DNA of 64,000 bases from IMG/VR virus record IMGVR_UViG_3300021979_000003, positions 128,001 through 192,000 of that record. One strand, written 5' to 3'. Within the stretch, counting starts at the first letter, position 1, and each line of letters starts with the position of its first letter. This document shows, piece by piece, positions 30,707-39,606 of this stretch. Source of the stretch: a virus (taxonomy: Duplodnaviria > Caudoviricetes). The notes beneath the pieces are model-generated. The model worked only from the letters and a program-made list of their open reading frames with translations, ran no database searches and had not been told where the DNA came from. The position numbers and the translations under genes are program-made.

Positions 30707-33385
30707 GTAGGAATTTAAAATATTTCTTACTCCTGCTTGATCTACAAGGTGATTGATCAATTGATCAACAACCTCTTCAGACTCAATTCTCACTGATGAC
30801 ATATTTATAGAACGGATCATAGCTCTAGCAAGAGGTCTGTCCAGAAGCTTTTTAAACATTTCATCAGCAATGTCTATGTTTTCTATATTAGACGAAATAT
30901 CAGATACGTCAATCATTACTTTTTCAAAATGATCACTAGCGGTGCTAGAAATATTGCTTTCAATCTCAAGGAACCCATGTGTTCTAAGATGATGCAACAA
31001 AGTAGTACAACAATTGTACGTTTGGTTATTCACTGCAATGGCATCACGGCCATTTTTGTCTGTTTCATCTATATTGCTGTTTAACTTATCTTTGAGAAGG
31101 TCGATGTTTTCTCTGATAGAAGTAACAGTTACAGGTTCCTGAACCTTCAAACTAGTGGTTTTGATCCTGTCAATAATATAGTCATTGAAAGAATATATAT
31201 TGTCATTATTGATATAATCAACAATTTTGTCGTATTTATTTTCGTCACATACCATAATAATAGTATCTTTAGGCAAAAGCTTAGTAATATCTGCGTCAGA
31301 TATATTTTTAGTGTGCAGAGTCTGTCCAATAGAATCAGTAACGGTTATAACGCCACTGAATTCTTTCCATGTATCGTTATCAAAGAATTTTACTTTAAAA
31401 TCAATACTCACGTTTTTACCATCCAATGTAGTAGCATTGATTGATGCTGACTTATCATTCAATTTTAGAACATAAACAGAGTCAACACTTTCAGTACACT
31501 CCAATAGTACATCAGACATTACAGTCCTTTTTGTAGCAGGCTGTATTTCATAGTCATAGCTACCTTGGGTCATCTTATTGAAACGATAAATCCCGCCAAT
31601 TCGTTTATGCACTTTATTTCTTTTCTGATCTTTACGATCTTCTTTAATCAATTCGATAGTTTCCGAATATTTTTCTTGAAGCTCACTAACTTTGACGACG
31701 GTTCTAACACCTTCGTCAATGAGGGTCTTATAGACGTGTTCATTACCTTCATATTCGATAAGGTATGCTTTATCGAATGTAAGCTCATCATCATAATGAA
31801 TCAAGCCACAAGGAAGCTTAAAGGATTTCTTCATATCTTTAAAAATAAAAACACAGTTAGATGAACCAAGATATCCCTTGAGTGCACGTTTAAAGTTAGA
31901 CAAAGAATCGTAAAAATACCTTACCTTGTCTGCTTCTTCTGATTTTTCAGCGTTACTAACCTGACGGTTAATAGCACCTACGTCATAAAGATGTTTGAGC
32001 TTCTTTTCACTCTCAGATTCGATGGTGTTAAAGATACGGTCGAATTGTGGAATGAAACAGAAGCCATACGCATCAAGGATTTTACCCGCCAAGTCACGAT
32101 CAATACCAGATGTAAGCTCTGCAATATCAAATGCTTCTTCAGGCTTTTTAATCTTAAAGATGTCGATGAGCGTTTGAAACTCATTCTTATATCGGTAAGT
32201 TTTCGGCAACACCTTTTTATTAATAAGTGTTTCAATGTGACATGAAAGGGTCGGTGAGTAGGTTTGAGTTACCCCACAGTCAATAATCTGTTTCATCACA
32301 TAATTAAGCTTGATAAGGTTTGTGATCGAGGATGATGTGACCAGTGAAGACACAAAGTCCCTAACTTTATCAAAAAGCTCAGTGTATGTGCTTAGAGCTT
32401 CGTCATTGATCTGCTCTTCTTCAGCATATTCCATATCAATACGATCACGTGAACGATTGACTGAAAGCTTTTTGTTAAGGCTGCTCACATCAATATTGAA
32501 GTATGGCTTATGCTTACTTGCAGTAATACAATAGTTAGAAAGGCCCCAACCTTCAAACGGATAGATGATATTTTTGTATTTAACAGAGAACGCCTTGTCG
32601 TTAATCTTATTCTGTCTGTCCAGCATGTTGTAATCAATGAAGTAAAGATTTTTGTAATTGAATACACCGTCTAGGACACTTTTTAATTGTTCAATGAAAA
32701 GTGTATTAGTGCCTTGTATATCAATAGTAGTCGCGTTTTGATTATGGACATAAAAAGGAACCAACACTTTGACAAGCTCTTCAGTATCACCATCCATAAC
32801 ATTGATATTTGAAGTGAGGTTATATGCGAATGGTAGAGAAACTTCAGTACCGCTTTCTTCGTCGGTTTCCTTTGAATCAATCAAGTCATAAGATGGAATT
32901 CCTTGTTCGGAAAGGTACATGATGTACATATAAGCAACACCATCATAAATGGTCTTAACCAGATAGTAATCAATTTCATAAGGCCAAAAATGATCAGCCG
33001 TTGCAGAAGTTGCGATACGAATATTACGAATATTCTTTTGTTCAAGATCATAAAGAACACCATAAGGTGCTTTAGAACCAATGCCGAACTCACCGTCACG
33101 GTCTGTGATTTCGTCTTCGTCTGTGGCACGTTTGGTACTTTGATACATAGACCCATAAATATCGGCAATGATAGAAGGACTCATACCAGTCCCAAAATCA
33201 CGAACAATGGTTGAATCGTAGTTGAAGGTTACAATTACTGGCTTAGTAGCTTTGTTGTCTTTATTAGCATCTACGGCGTTAGCGATGATTTCACGAATAG
33301 ACGCTTTCTTTGGGTCTGCGTAGATACTCTTTACAACGGTTTCGTATACTTCCCGGTTAAGTTCTGGGATTTTGACTGAAGGCAT
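30695..33385 (-). CDS. rIIA: rIIA-like protein with N-terminal GHKL ATPase
   Basis: IREIIANAVDA, VRDFGTGMS, YQSTKR and GEFGIGSKAPY. Confidence 0.8.
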   Translation of the reverse strand: MPSVKIPELNREVYETVVKSIYADPKKASIREIIANAVDANKDNKATKPVIVTFNYDSTIVRDFGTGMSPSIIADIYGSMYQSTKRATDEDEITDRDGEFGIGSKAPYGVLYDLEQKNIRNIRIATSATADHFWPYEIDYYLVKTIYDGVAYMYIMYLSEQGIPSYDLIDSKETDEESGTEVSLPFAYNLTSNINVMDGDTEELVKVLVPFYVHNQNATTIDIQGTNTLFIEQLKSVLDGVFNYKNLYFIDYNMLDRQNKINDKAFSVKYKNIIYPFEGWGLSNYCITASKHKPYFNIDVSSLNKKLSVNRSRDRIDMEYAEEEQINDEALSTYTELFDKVRDFVSSLVTSSSITNLIKLNYVMKQIIDCGVTQTYSPTLSCHIETLINKKVLPKTYRYKNEFQTLIDIFKIKKPEEAFDIAELTSGIDRDLAGKILDAYGFCFIPQFDRIFNTIESESEKKLKHLYDVGAINRQVSNAEKSEEADKVRYFYDSLSNFKRALKGYLGSSNCVFIFKDMKKSFKLPCGLIHYDDELTFDKAYLIEYEGNEHVYKTLIDEGVRTVVKVSELQEKYSETIELIKEDRKDQKRNKVHKRIGGIYRFNKMTQGSYDYEIQPATKRTVMSDVLLECTESVDSVYVLKLNDKSASINATTLDGKNVSIDFKVKFFDNDTWKEFSGVITVTDSIGQTLHTKNISDADITKLLPKDTIIMVCDENKYDKIVDYINNDNIYSFNDYIIDRIKTTSLKVQEPVTVTSIRENIDLLKDKLNSNIDETDKNGRDAIAVNNQTYNCCTTLLHHLRTHGFLEIESNISSTASDHFEKVMIDVSDISSNIENIDIADEMFKKLLDRPLARAMIRSINMSSVRIESEEVVDQLINHLVDQAGVRNILNSYLTK

Positions 33386-33406
33386 ATAGTTCCTCTGTTT
33401 TAGCTA

Positions 33407-33434
33407 TTGACGAAATTTCTATTTGAGATACTAT
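33407..33434 (+). promoter_or_regulatory. Sigma70-like early promoter
   Basis: TTGACG-N16-TACTAT. Confidence 0.65.
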
Positions 33435-33473
33435 ACCACTCTAATCATTGAAAATCAAATTGTGGAGAACAAA

Positions 33474-33857
33474 ATGAGTAAGAAAAAATATGGCCTCATG
33501 ATTTACGTTGTGCACCCTCGTGTATTGTCCAAGAAAGCTGAAAAGAAGTGGGACGTGTACGAGGAAGTTTATATTCGTAACGGTATTCGTAAAAACCTTC
33601 TAGAACAATCTACTATTGTATTAGACTGTGCCAATATGGAAGTTTACAAGAACCGTTCTGAACGTAAAGATGACTTTTACACTATTGTATCATACCTAGC
33701 TAAGAGCCACCAACAGGTAGCTGAATTTAAAGAAGTGTACGACACCTTTATGACACAGATGGAGAAAGTAGAAGAGGAAATGCGTAAAGCCGCAGAAGAG
33801 CCTACTACGGAATCTACTGATACTACCGAAGACGAAGAAGGCGAAGGCAAAGCCTAA
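33474..33857 (+). CDS. Hypothetical protein with acidic tail
   Basis: Start reassigned to MSKKKY (SD GGAG). Confidence 0.7.
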   Translation: MSKKKYGLMIYVVHPRVLSKKAEKKWDVYEEVYIRNGIRKNLLEQSTIVLDCANMEVYKNRSERKDDFYTIVSYLAKSHQQVAEFKEVYDTFMTQMEKVEEEMRKAAEEPTTESTDTTEDEEGEGKA

Positions 33858-33886
33858 ATAGAACTGTGAGAATGGTGTAAAAAATG

Positions 33887-33914
33887 TTGACGTTCTCACA
33901 ATTCATGATAAGTT
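33887..33914 (+). promoter_or_regulatory. Sigma70-like early promoter
   Basis: TTGACG-N16-(TGa)TAAGTT, with the -35 flanked by a TGTGAGAA/TTCTCACA inverted repeat. Confidence 0.6.
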
Positions 33915-33956
33915 ATAATTTCATTGTTAAATATAATAATAAGAGGAAAATGTGAA

Positions 33957-34340
33957 ATGACTAGTAAAGTTATTATTCGTATCGGTGAGAAATCTGATCA
34001 AATTGAAAAAGAAAATATTTTCGAACGTGGGAACTACCGTTTCTGTAAGCAACTTTCTGTAGTATTTGTACAAGCTGGTATTTATTACCTTATCGTTACC
34101 GATGAAGAAATGATTAACAGTCTGTATGATGCAACCGCAGAAGCAGTAGAAGACGGTGACTATTCAGAAGCCGATGAAATCGTAGAAGGAATGATTAAGA
34201 ATTACATTGCACAAAACTTCGATGACTTTAATAGTCGTGTTGAGAAAGCAGTTAAAACAGCACATGGAATTGGTGTTAAGAAGATGTCTTCCAAGACATC
34301 GAAAAAGCCTAAGATTCAAAAGAGACGAATCACAGCATAA
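33957..34340 (+). CDS. Hypothetical protein with basic C-terminus
   Basis: Start reassigned to MTSKV (SD GAGG). Confidence 0.7.
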   Translation: MTSKVIIRIGEKSDQIEKENIFERGNYRFCKQLSVVFVQAGIYYLIVTDEEMINSLYDATAEAVEDGDYSEADEIVEGMIKNYIAQNFDDFNSRVEKAVKTAHGIGVKKMSSKTSKKPKIQKRRITA

Positions 34341-34344
34341 TATT

Positions 34345-34367
34345 AAGCGCCTACGGGCGCTTTTTTT
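34345..34367 (+). terminator. Intrinsic terminator
   Basis: AAGCGCC-TACG-GGCGC-TTTTTTT with a C(UACG)G tetraloop. Confidence 0.9.
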
Positions 34368-34368
34368 G

Positions 34369-34376
34369 TATAAATA
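34369..34376 (+). promoter_or_regulatory. T4-type late promoter
   Basis: Exact TATAAATA immediately after the terminator, 22 nt before the ATG. Confidence 0.85.
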
Positions 34377-34398
34377 TTCTTAAACGGGAGAATATTGT

Positions 34399-34947
34399 AT
34401 GAAAATTCTAGAAAATGAAGCACATCCTTACGAAGAAGGTATGAATGCATTTAGTGAAGGTAAGGGATTGGAAGCTTGTGATTATAGACCTTACTCACTA
34501 GGCGAAGATGAATGGATTCGCGGTTGGCGTTATGCCAAGCAGGAATCTGTTATGGAAGATTCAGACCTTTGTGAAGATGAAGTTTATGAAAATACTGATG
34601 ATTTTTATCTAAACTATGGTTGGATGCCTCTTGACGAAGATAAGTACGGATACTATGATGGTTCTAGAGTTAAGTTAGATAATCCTCGTTACAGTGGGGA
34701 TGATGAAGATAAACGCTTTGTTGTTTACGTAGACAGCGAAAAGAAAACATCTGATGGTAAGGTGAAAGCTAAAAAGATTACTTTTGGTTCAGAAAAAGGT
34801 TCCGACTTACGTGTCAATAAAGACGACGAAGAGGCTAGGAAAAATTTCGTAGCCAGACATAATTGCAAATCAGCGAATGACAAGAAAACCGCTAGGTACT
34901 GGTCTTGTCGTGCACCATTAAGTAAAGGCGATGGAAAGTATTGGTAA
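34399..34947 (+). CDS. Two-domain protein: RMF-like N-terminus and a basic C-terminal domain with RHNC...YWSCR
   Basis: G..A...G...E.C.Y...W..GWR.A pattern shared with ribosome modulation factor; SD GGAG. Confidence 0.6.
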   Translation: MKILENEAHPYEEGMNAFSEGKGLEACDYRPYSLGEDEWIRGWRYAKQESVMEDSDLCEDEVYENTDDFYLNYGWMPLDEDKYGYYDGSRVKLDNPRYSGDDEDKRFVVYVDSEKKTSDGKVKAKKITFGSEKGSDLRVNKDDEEARKNFVARHNCKSANDKKTARYWSCRAPLSKGDGKYW

Positions 34948-35630
34948 TGACTGTATTTGAAACACTGGAAAGCAAATTCAAAACCGAAAGAATTGAACCA
35001 ATGTCATCTGTATTTGTAAAAGATATCCCAGAAGATATCTTTTATTACATTAAGGATTCAGTTCAGAATATTACAGATACAATGAAAATGTATCAAAAAA
35101 ATAATAATCCCGTATATGAAACTTTGGGCCTAACATACAATCCAACATTAAAAATACCGGGACATGAACAATATAGTAGAAATATAAGCTTGGGTGATAA
35201 CGGTAGGGATGACACTCATTCGTTTGTACATCCACTTGCTAACTCCGAGTTTTTATATGACATATGTGAATACACACCGGTAAGAGCCAAGATAACTCGT
35301 ATGGAAGGGCGTTATAAGCAATCTGAATGGCATTATGATGAGCCTTTGAACGAGTGTATTAAAGTCATTATACCAATAGAAACAGACCCACAATGCCTTT
35401 TCCAGATTGATGACAAGAAACCAGTCAACTTGGAAATAGGACGTGCGTACTTCTTTGACTCCATATTCCATCACCGCTATTTGTATGGTAATTGTACCAA
35501 GCCCATTACTCATCTTGTGTTTGGACTTTCTACCAAATATCAATACGACTATTCAAAAGGCGAATGGTATAATCCAGACAGAAATATATCAGATATAACT
35601 CAGGTCATTGACAGTTCAGTAGTCTTTTGA
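34941..35630 (+). CDS. 2OG-Fe(II) dioxygenase, aspartyl/asparaginyl beta-hydroxylase-like
   Basis: WHYD (HxD), IIPIET, GRAYFFD..FHH, and ITHLVF. Confidence 0.75.
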   Translation: MVMTVFETLESKFKTERIEPMSSVFVKDIPEDIFYYIKDSVQNITDTMKMYQKNNNPVYETLGLTYNPTLKIPGHEQYSRNISLGDNGRDDTHSFVHPLANSEFLYDICEYTPVRAKITRMEGRYKQSEWHYDEPLNECIKVIIPIETDPQCLFQIDDKKPVNLEIGRAYFFDSIFHHRYLYGNCTKPITHLVFGLSTKYQYDYSKGEWYNPDRNISDITQVIDSSVVF

Positions 35631-35660
35631 TATCCTTCTATTTCAATATAAGGGTATGAC

Positions 35661-36242
35661 ATGAAAAAAATTATTGTAGATATTGACGATACTTCATTAA
35701 ATTACGCAAATGGCTTGTTTGATTTTGTCGGGGTCGATTATCCGCATGGCAAAGAGTACGGAAGTATTAGCGACTATTTAATTGGTGAACATAACTTTTC
35801 TAGTCAAAAAGTTTGGGACGTGATCGCAGAATTTAATGAGTCCGAAGGATTTCGTCACCTACAACCTCTCAACAACTCCGATGAAGTTTTAAAAGCCTTA
35901 CACGACGAGGGTGTAAAAATTTCTGTCATTTCATCTTGTGGCGATTCCAATATCACTAAAGAACACCGATACTATAACTTGTACAAGGTATTCGGTAACA
36001 TATTTGAGTCTGTAACAATGCTCCCATTGGGTTCAAGAAAAACTAATGCGTTATTGAAATTCATTGATCGCGAACCTATTCTGGTAGAAGATACACTTAC
36101 TCATTACCATGATGCTATTATTTTAGGAATGGATAGTTATATTGTAAAAGGCGAAATGAATGCAACAGAAGTAAATGACTCTATTGACCACTTTGTAGAC
36201 TGGAATGAATTTTACAAGATGTATCATACCATCCATAAATAA
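35661..36242 (+). CDS. HAD-family 5'(3')-nucleotidase-like protein
   Basis: IVDIDDT, VISS, and K....ILVED motifs. Confidence 0.8.
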   Translation: MKKIIVDIDDTSLNYANGLFDFVGVDYPHGKEYGSISDYLIGEHNFSSQKVWDVIAEFNESEGFRHLQPLNNSDEVLKALHDEGVKISVISSCGDSNITKEHRYYNLYKVFGNIFESVTMLPLGSRKTNALLKFIDREPILVEDTLTHYHDAIILGMDSYIVKGEMNATEVNDSIDHFVDWNEFYKMYHTIHK

Positions 36243-36253
36243 CCATATATAAT

Positions 36254-36829
36254 ATGGAGTTTGTGGATATGAATGATATAAAAATAATTTCAAAAAATGA
36301 ACTTTCCGTAAGTGATATTAAAACAGTTATTCGAGTTATTAATGACGCTTCTGGAAAGCAACTTATTACTATTTCCAAAGATAAGCCCTTGGCTAAAAAA
36401 TACACACTGGATGACGGTTATACTGTCTACTGCTTTGCTTTTGATGAAGCCATTGATGGTGATGAAGCTGATAGTATTGTTGGTGGTTTATACAATACTC
36501 TTACTTTCGACTTTGTTGCTGAAATAAATTCAGATGTTGTAGACTATGAAGATGACATCGAAGAGTCAATTGAGGAATCCGATCCAATCAAACATGCAAG
36601 ATGGGTACAAGAACAAGTAGACGAGGGTTGGTCTTATGGTCTTGAGTTTGATGAATCTAATAAAAAGAATCCTTATATCAGACCTTATCACCAGTTAACT
36701 AAAACTCAAAAGAAAATGATCGATAAAAGCAAGTCAAAGCTTGGTCATTATGGTCTATATTTCCCATACATTTCTGGTAATAATAACGATGATTCAGGAG
36801 CCGGTGTTGGAGGCGATGGCGGCGAATGA
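36254..36829 (+). CDS. RyR-domain protein
   Basis: HARW....EGWSYG..D...K.NP.I.PY..L matches the RyR repeat; CATAAATA at 36234-36241 upstream. Confidence 0.8.
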   Translation: MEFVDMNDIKIISKNELSVSDIKTVIRVINDASGKQLITISKDKPLAKKYTLDDGYTVYCFAFDEAIDGDEADSIVGGLYNTLTFDFVAEINSDVVDYEDDIEESIEESDPIKHARWVQEQVDEGWSYGLEFDESNKKNPYIRPYHQLTKTQKKMIDKSKSKLGHYGLYFPYISGNNNDDSGAGVGGDGGE

Positions 36830-37821
36830 GTTACGACTTCGACTATGATTCTGAATCAGGACTAACGCCTTGGCCTATGGTCTGGACAGTGGCACCCGCT
36901 CAATATAATTGGGAAGGGACACTTGGTGATGCGTTGAACTTTAGCGTAGAAGCGATTCCCGATCCTGCCTATCCTGCCGCTTGGGATGAGCATTACACTA
37001 GCTCTGGTGATACTGGTGGTGGTCTGGGAGGCGGTACTGTATCTGCCCCCCCACTACCGCCACAACCGGTCATTCAGGAATACATTTATGAATCATCTTC
37101 GACATTAGAGCCTGATTACTTCTCAATTACAAATGCGGACGGTCTTGTTATAAATGATGCCGATACTGAGCTATTCTTTCCTTATGCAAGGATTGTTTAT
37201 TTTAAAAACGATGTCAAAAAACAAGCACAATTCCCTCAAGAAGTAATTGATGATGACTACGATTACGTATCTGCGTTGGTTCCAGATGACAGAGAATTTA
37301 TTGTAAAAAAATCAAACTTAAGAGCAGTATCCACCTCAAAGACTGATCTAACTGGAAGTTTCCAATTTAAAATTAATAATGATTGGAGTAAGTCGAAGCT
37401 TACATTAGAAGCAATGGCGGAAAGATCAAAAGAATACTTCGATGATTTAGTTGGTGACAGTACACAACAACCACCACAAGGACAAAATTCAGATTCGCCT
37501 ACAGAGACAACATTAGAGCCTAGTCTACCAGACACCTCTTCATCCGATGAAACATTCGAAGAAGAAAACCAACAGACATATGATGAGTTATTCAGAGAGG
37601 GTGATAGAGACAAGATAAATAATATAATAAGTGATGAAGAAGAGTTTTACAATAATCTCAAGAACGAAACTCAAACTACATCACAAGTAATAGATGACGA
37701 AGAACTAGGAACCGAAGAATCACCAATCGACAAGGCCATACGTGATGGAAACATTGATGAGCTTATGAATGAACATGGTTATTCTTATAATGAGGTTCTA
37801 GATTTAATTAGGGGTATATGA
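36826..37821 (+). CDS. Acidic hypothetical protein preceding PAAR
   Basis: ATGA coupling on both sides; D/E-rich. Confidence 0.7.
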   Translation: MSYDFDYDSESGLTPWPMVWTVAPAQYNWEGTLGDALNFSVEAIPDPAYPAAWDEHYTSSGDTGGGLGGGTVSAPPLPPQPVIQEYIYESSSTLEPDYFSITNADGLVINDADTELFFPYARIVYFKNDVKKQAQFPQEVIDDDYDYVSALVPDDREFIVKKSNLRAVSTSKTDLTGSFQFKINNDWSKSKLTLEAMAERSKEYFDDLVGDSTQQPPQGQNSDSPTETTLEPSLPDTSSSDETFEEENQQTYDELFREGDRDKINNIISDEEEFYNNLKNETQTTSQVIDDEELGTEESPIDKAIRDGNIDELMNEHGYSYNEVLDLIRGI

Positions 37822-38120
37822 TGTCCAATCCAACAGCACAACTATCATCACCTACAACAGGTCACGGCTGTTGGCCTTCTACCACAATTTGCGAAGCAGC
37901 AGAGACTGTGATAGCTGAAGGGCTACCTGTGGCATGTCTAGGTCATGCCGCGATACCACATGTGTGTGTTGTTCTTCCATTTCCAGTACATGGTTTAGTA
38001 GTGGCAGAAGGTTCAGAGACTGTCATAGTCGAGGGTGTTTCAGCGGCTAGGATTGGCGACAGTATGTCATGTGGAGACATAATTGCTTCAGGTTCACCAA
38101 CTGTTATAACAGGAGACTAA
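37818..38120 (+). CDS. PAAR-repeat spike tip protein (gp5.4-like)
   Basis: HGC, PVACLGH, PHVC and SAARIGD..SCG..IASGSPTV. Confidence 0.92.
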   Translation: MMSNPTAQLSSPTTGHGCWPSTTICEAAETVIAEGLPVACLGHAAIPHVCVVLPFPVHGLVVAEGSETVIVEGVSAARIGDSMSCGDIIASGSPTVITGD

Positions 38121-38128
38121 CAAAAGAA

Positions 38129-39232
38129 ATGCGTTTACATGAATTGAATAATAATAAAAATACCATATACTTTATGATGGTTTATGCTAATCCCCCAACG
38201 TATGGTTATAAGCTAGCTTATGAAAAGCTTCTAAAGGTTTCTAAAGATGCAAACCATGTCGTCTTTATCAACCCTATGGTTGATAGTGAAATTAATCCTT
38301 TGAGCTTTAAAAAGAATCTAAGCTACAACAAAGCACTGTTTCCTTCTGTTAACTTCAATGAGGCGGGAAATATTAAAACACCATTAGAAGCTTTAAAGTA
38401 CCTTTCTAATGAATACGATATTATATACTTGGTCACAAAAGATGAAAATATAGAAGAGTACCGCCGATATACAAAGTATGCTGAAAATTGGGGTGTATAT
38501 GATTTTGACGTAATTGGCCTTGGTGATAGCAAAAGTGACGACACTAAAGGAAGAACAAATAAGCTGGCTAGAAAATATGTTTTAGATAATAATTACCAAG
38601 ACTTTAAAAATACAATTCCAACTGATAATGAGCGCTTAATGTCGAGCCTATACCTTGACTTAAGAAAAGCTATGCTTACAGACTCAAAGAAAAAGAACGA
38701 TGAGATTACTGAACAAGTAAACAAGGTTATTGAGACAATCAGAGAAAAGAACTCTGGATTTTCCGTAATAGAAGAATATTTTAGTACTGATCAAGAGGGC
38801 AATAGATATATCATGCTAAATGAAATAAACAACTTCTTTAAGAATATTAAATTAGTTGTATCAAATAAGTATAAGGACTATTCAATCGCAAAAGATAAAG
38901 ACAAGAATTATGTTATCTTTATTAATTCTTCATTGAAAAGTATCGATAAAAAATTAACTGAAGATGCTGATCTTTTTGAAAAGACTATTAGAAATACTCA
39001 GCGTTTAGATGAAACAACTGCCGGTGCAATTGCCAGTTCAAATGCTGTTCTCGGGCAACCAATCAAACGTATACCTAATTCAGATGAGTCGGCATTTGAG
39101 TTTGTTAAAAAGATAAAGTATGACAGAAGCTGTCGTGACAAACTAAATGCATCTATGGGTGAGTTTATTAATAGAAACGGTTATATCGATCAAAACGTTA
39201 TTAAAAAGATTAAAGAAATACTGGAAAAGTAA
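38129..39232 (+). CDS. Degenerate HIGH-superfamily nucleotidyltransferase (phage cytidyltransferase-like)
   Basis: ANPPTYGY in place of FNPPTxGH; overall layout matches the family; start reassigned to MRLHEL. Confidence 0.6.
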   Translation: MRLHELNNNKNTIYFMMVYANPPTYGYKLAYEKLLKVSKDANHVVFINPMVDSEINPLSFKKNLSYNKALFPSVNFNEAGNIKTPLEALKYLSNEYDIIYLVTKDENIEEYRRYTKYAENWGVYDFDVIGLGDSKSDDTKGRTNKLARKYVLDNNYQDFKNTIPTDNERLMSSLYLDLRKAMLTDSKKKNDEITEQVNKVIETIREKNSGFSVIEEYFSTDQEGNRYIMLNEINNFFKNIKLVVSNKYKDYSIAKDKDKNYVIFINSSLKSIDKKLTEDADLFEKTIRNTQRLDETTAGAIASSNAVLGQPIKRIPNSDESAFEFVKKIKYDRSCRDKLNASMGEFINRNGYIDQNVIKKIKEILEK

Positions 39233-39597
39233 TGGCTAGAATATATAAGTCTTTTAGTACTACCTCCCCTAATGCAACTAAAAACGGCAATCTATATGAT
39301 ATGGATGTTGTTGTAGACGACATTAGAAATCTTCTTTCAATTAAGAAAGGGGATTTCCCTATGTTATATGAACTAGGTAGTATTGCACATGAATATGTTC
39401 ACCAACCATCATTAACAAATTCAGAAAAGTCAATTATAGTCAGCGATACGATAGAATTATTATCAAATGACCCTAGACTAAATAATATTAACGTTTATAT
39501 AGAAGAATTATCTAATGGGTATTATATAATTATTAATGCCAATGTTAGTCCACAGGATCAAGAAGTAAACCTGTCAGTCAATCTTAACGATATTTAA
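39232..39597 (+). CDS. Baseplate wedge subunit (gp25-like)
   Basis: D..V.DDIRNLLSIKKGD.PM..ELGS...DPR. Confidence 0.85.
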   Translation: MARIYKSFSTTSPNATKNGNLYDMDVVVDDIRNLLSIKKGDFPMLYELGSIAHEYVHQPSLTNSEKSIIVSDTIELLSNDPRLNNINVYIEELSNGYYIIINANVSPQDQEVNLSVNLNDI

Positions 39598-39606
39598 GGG
39601 GTTCTA

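Noticed and set aside
33882-33903. CRP-like site AAATGTTG-N6-TCACAATT
   Set aside because: The left half-site lacks the critical GA and overlaps a -35, so the match is explained by the promoter and a local inverted repeat.
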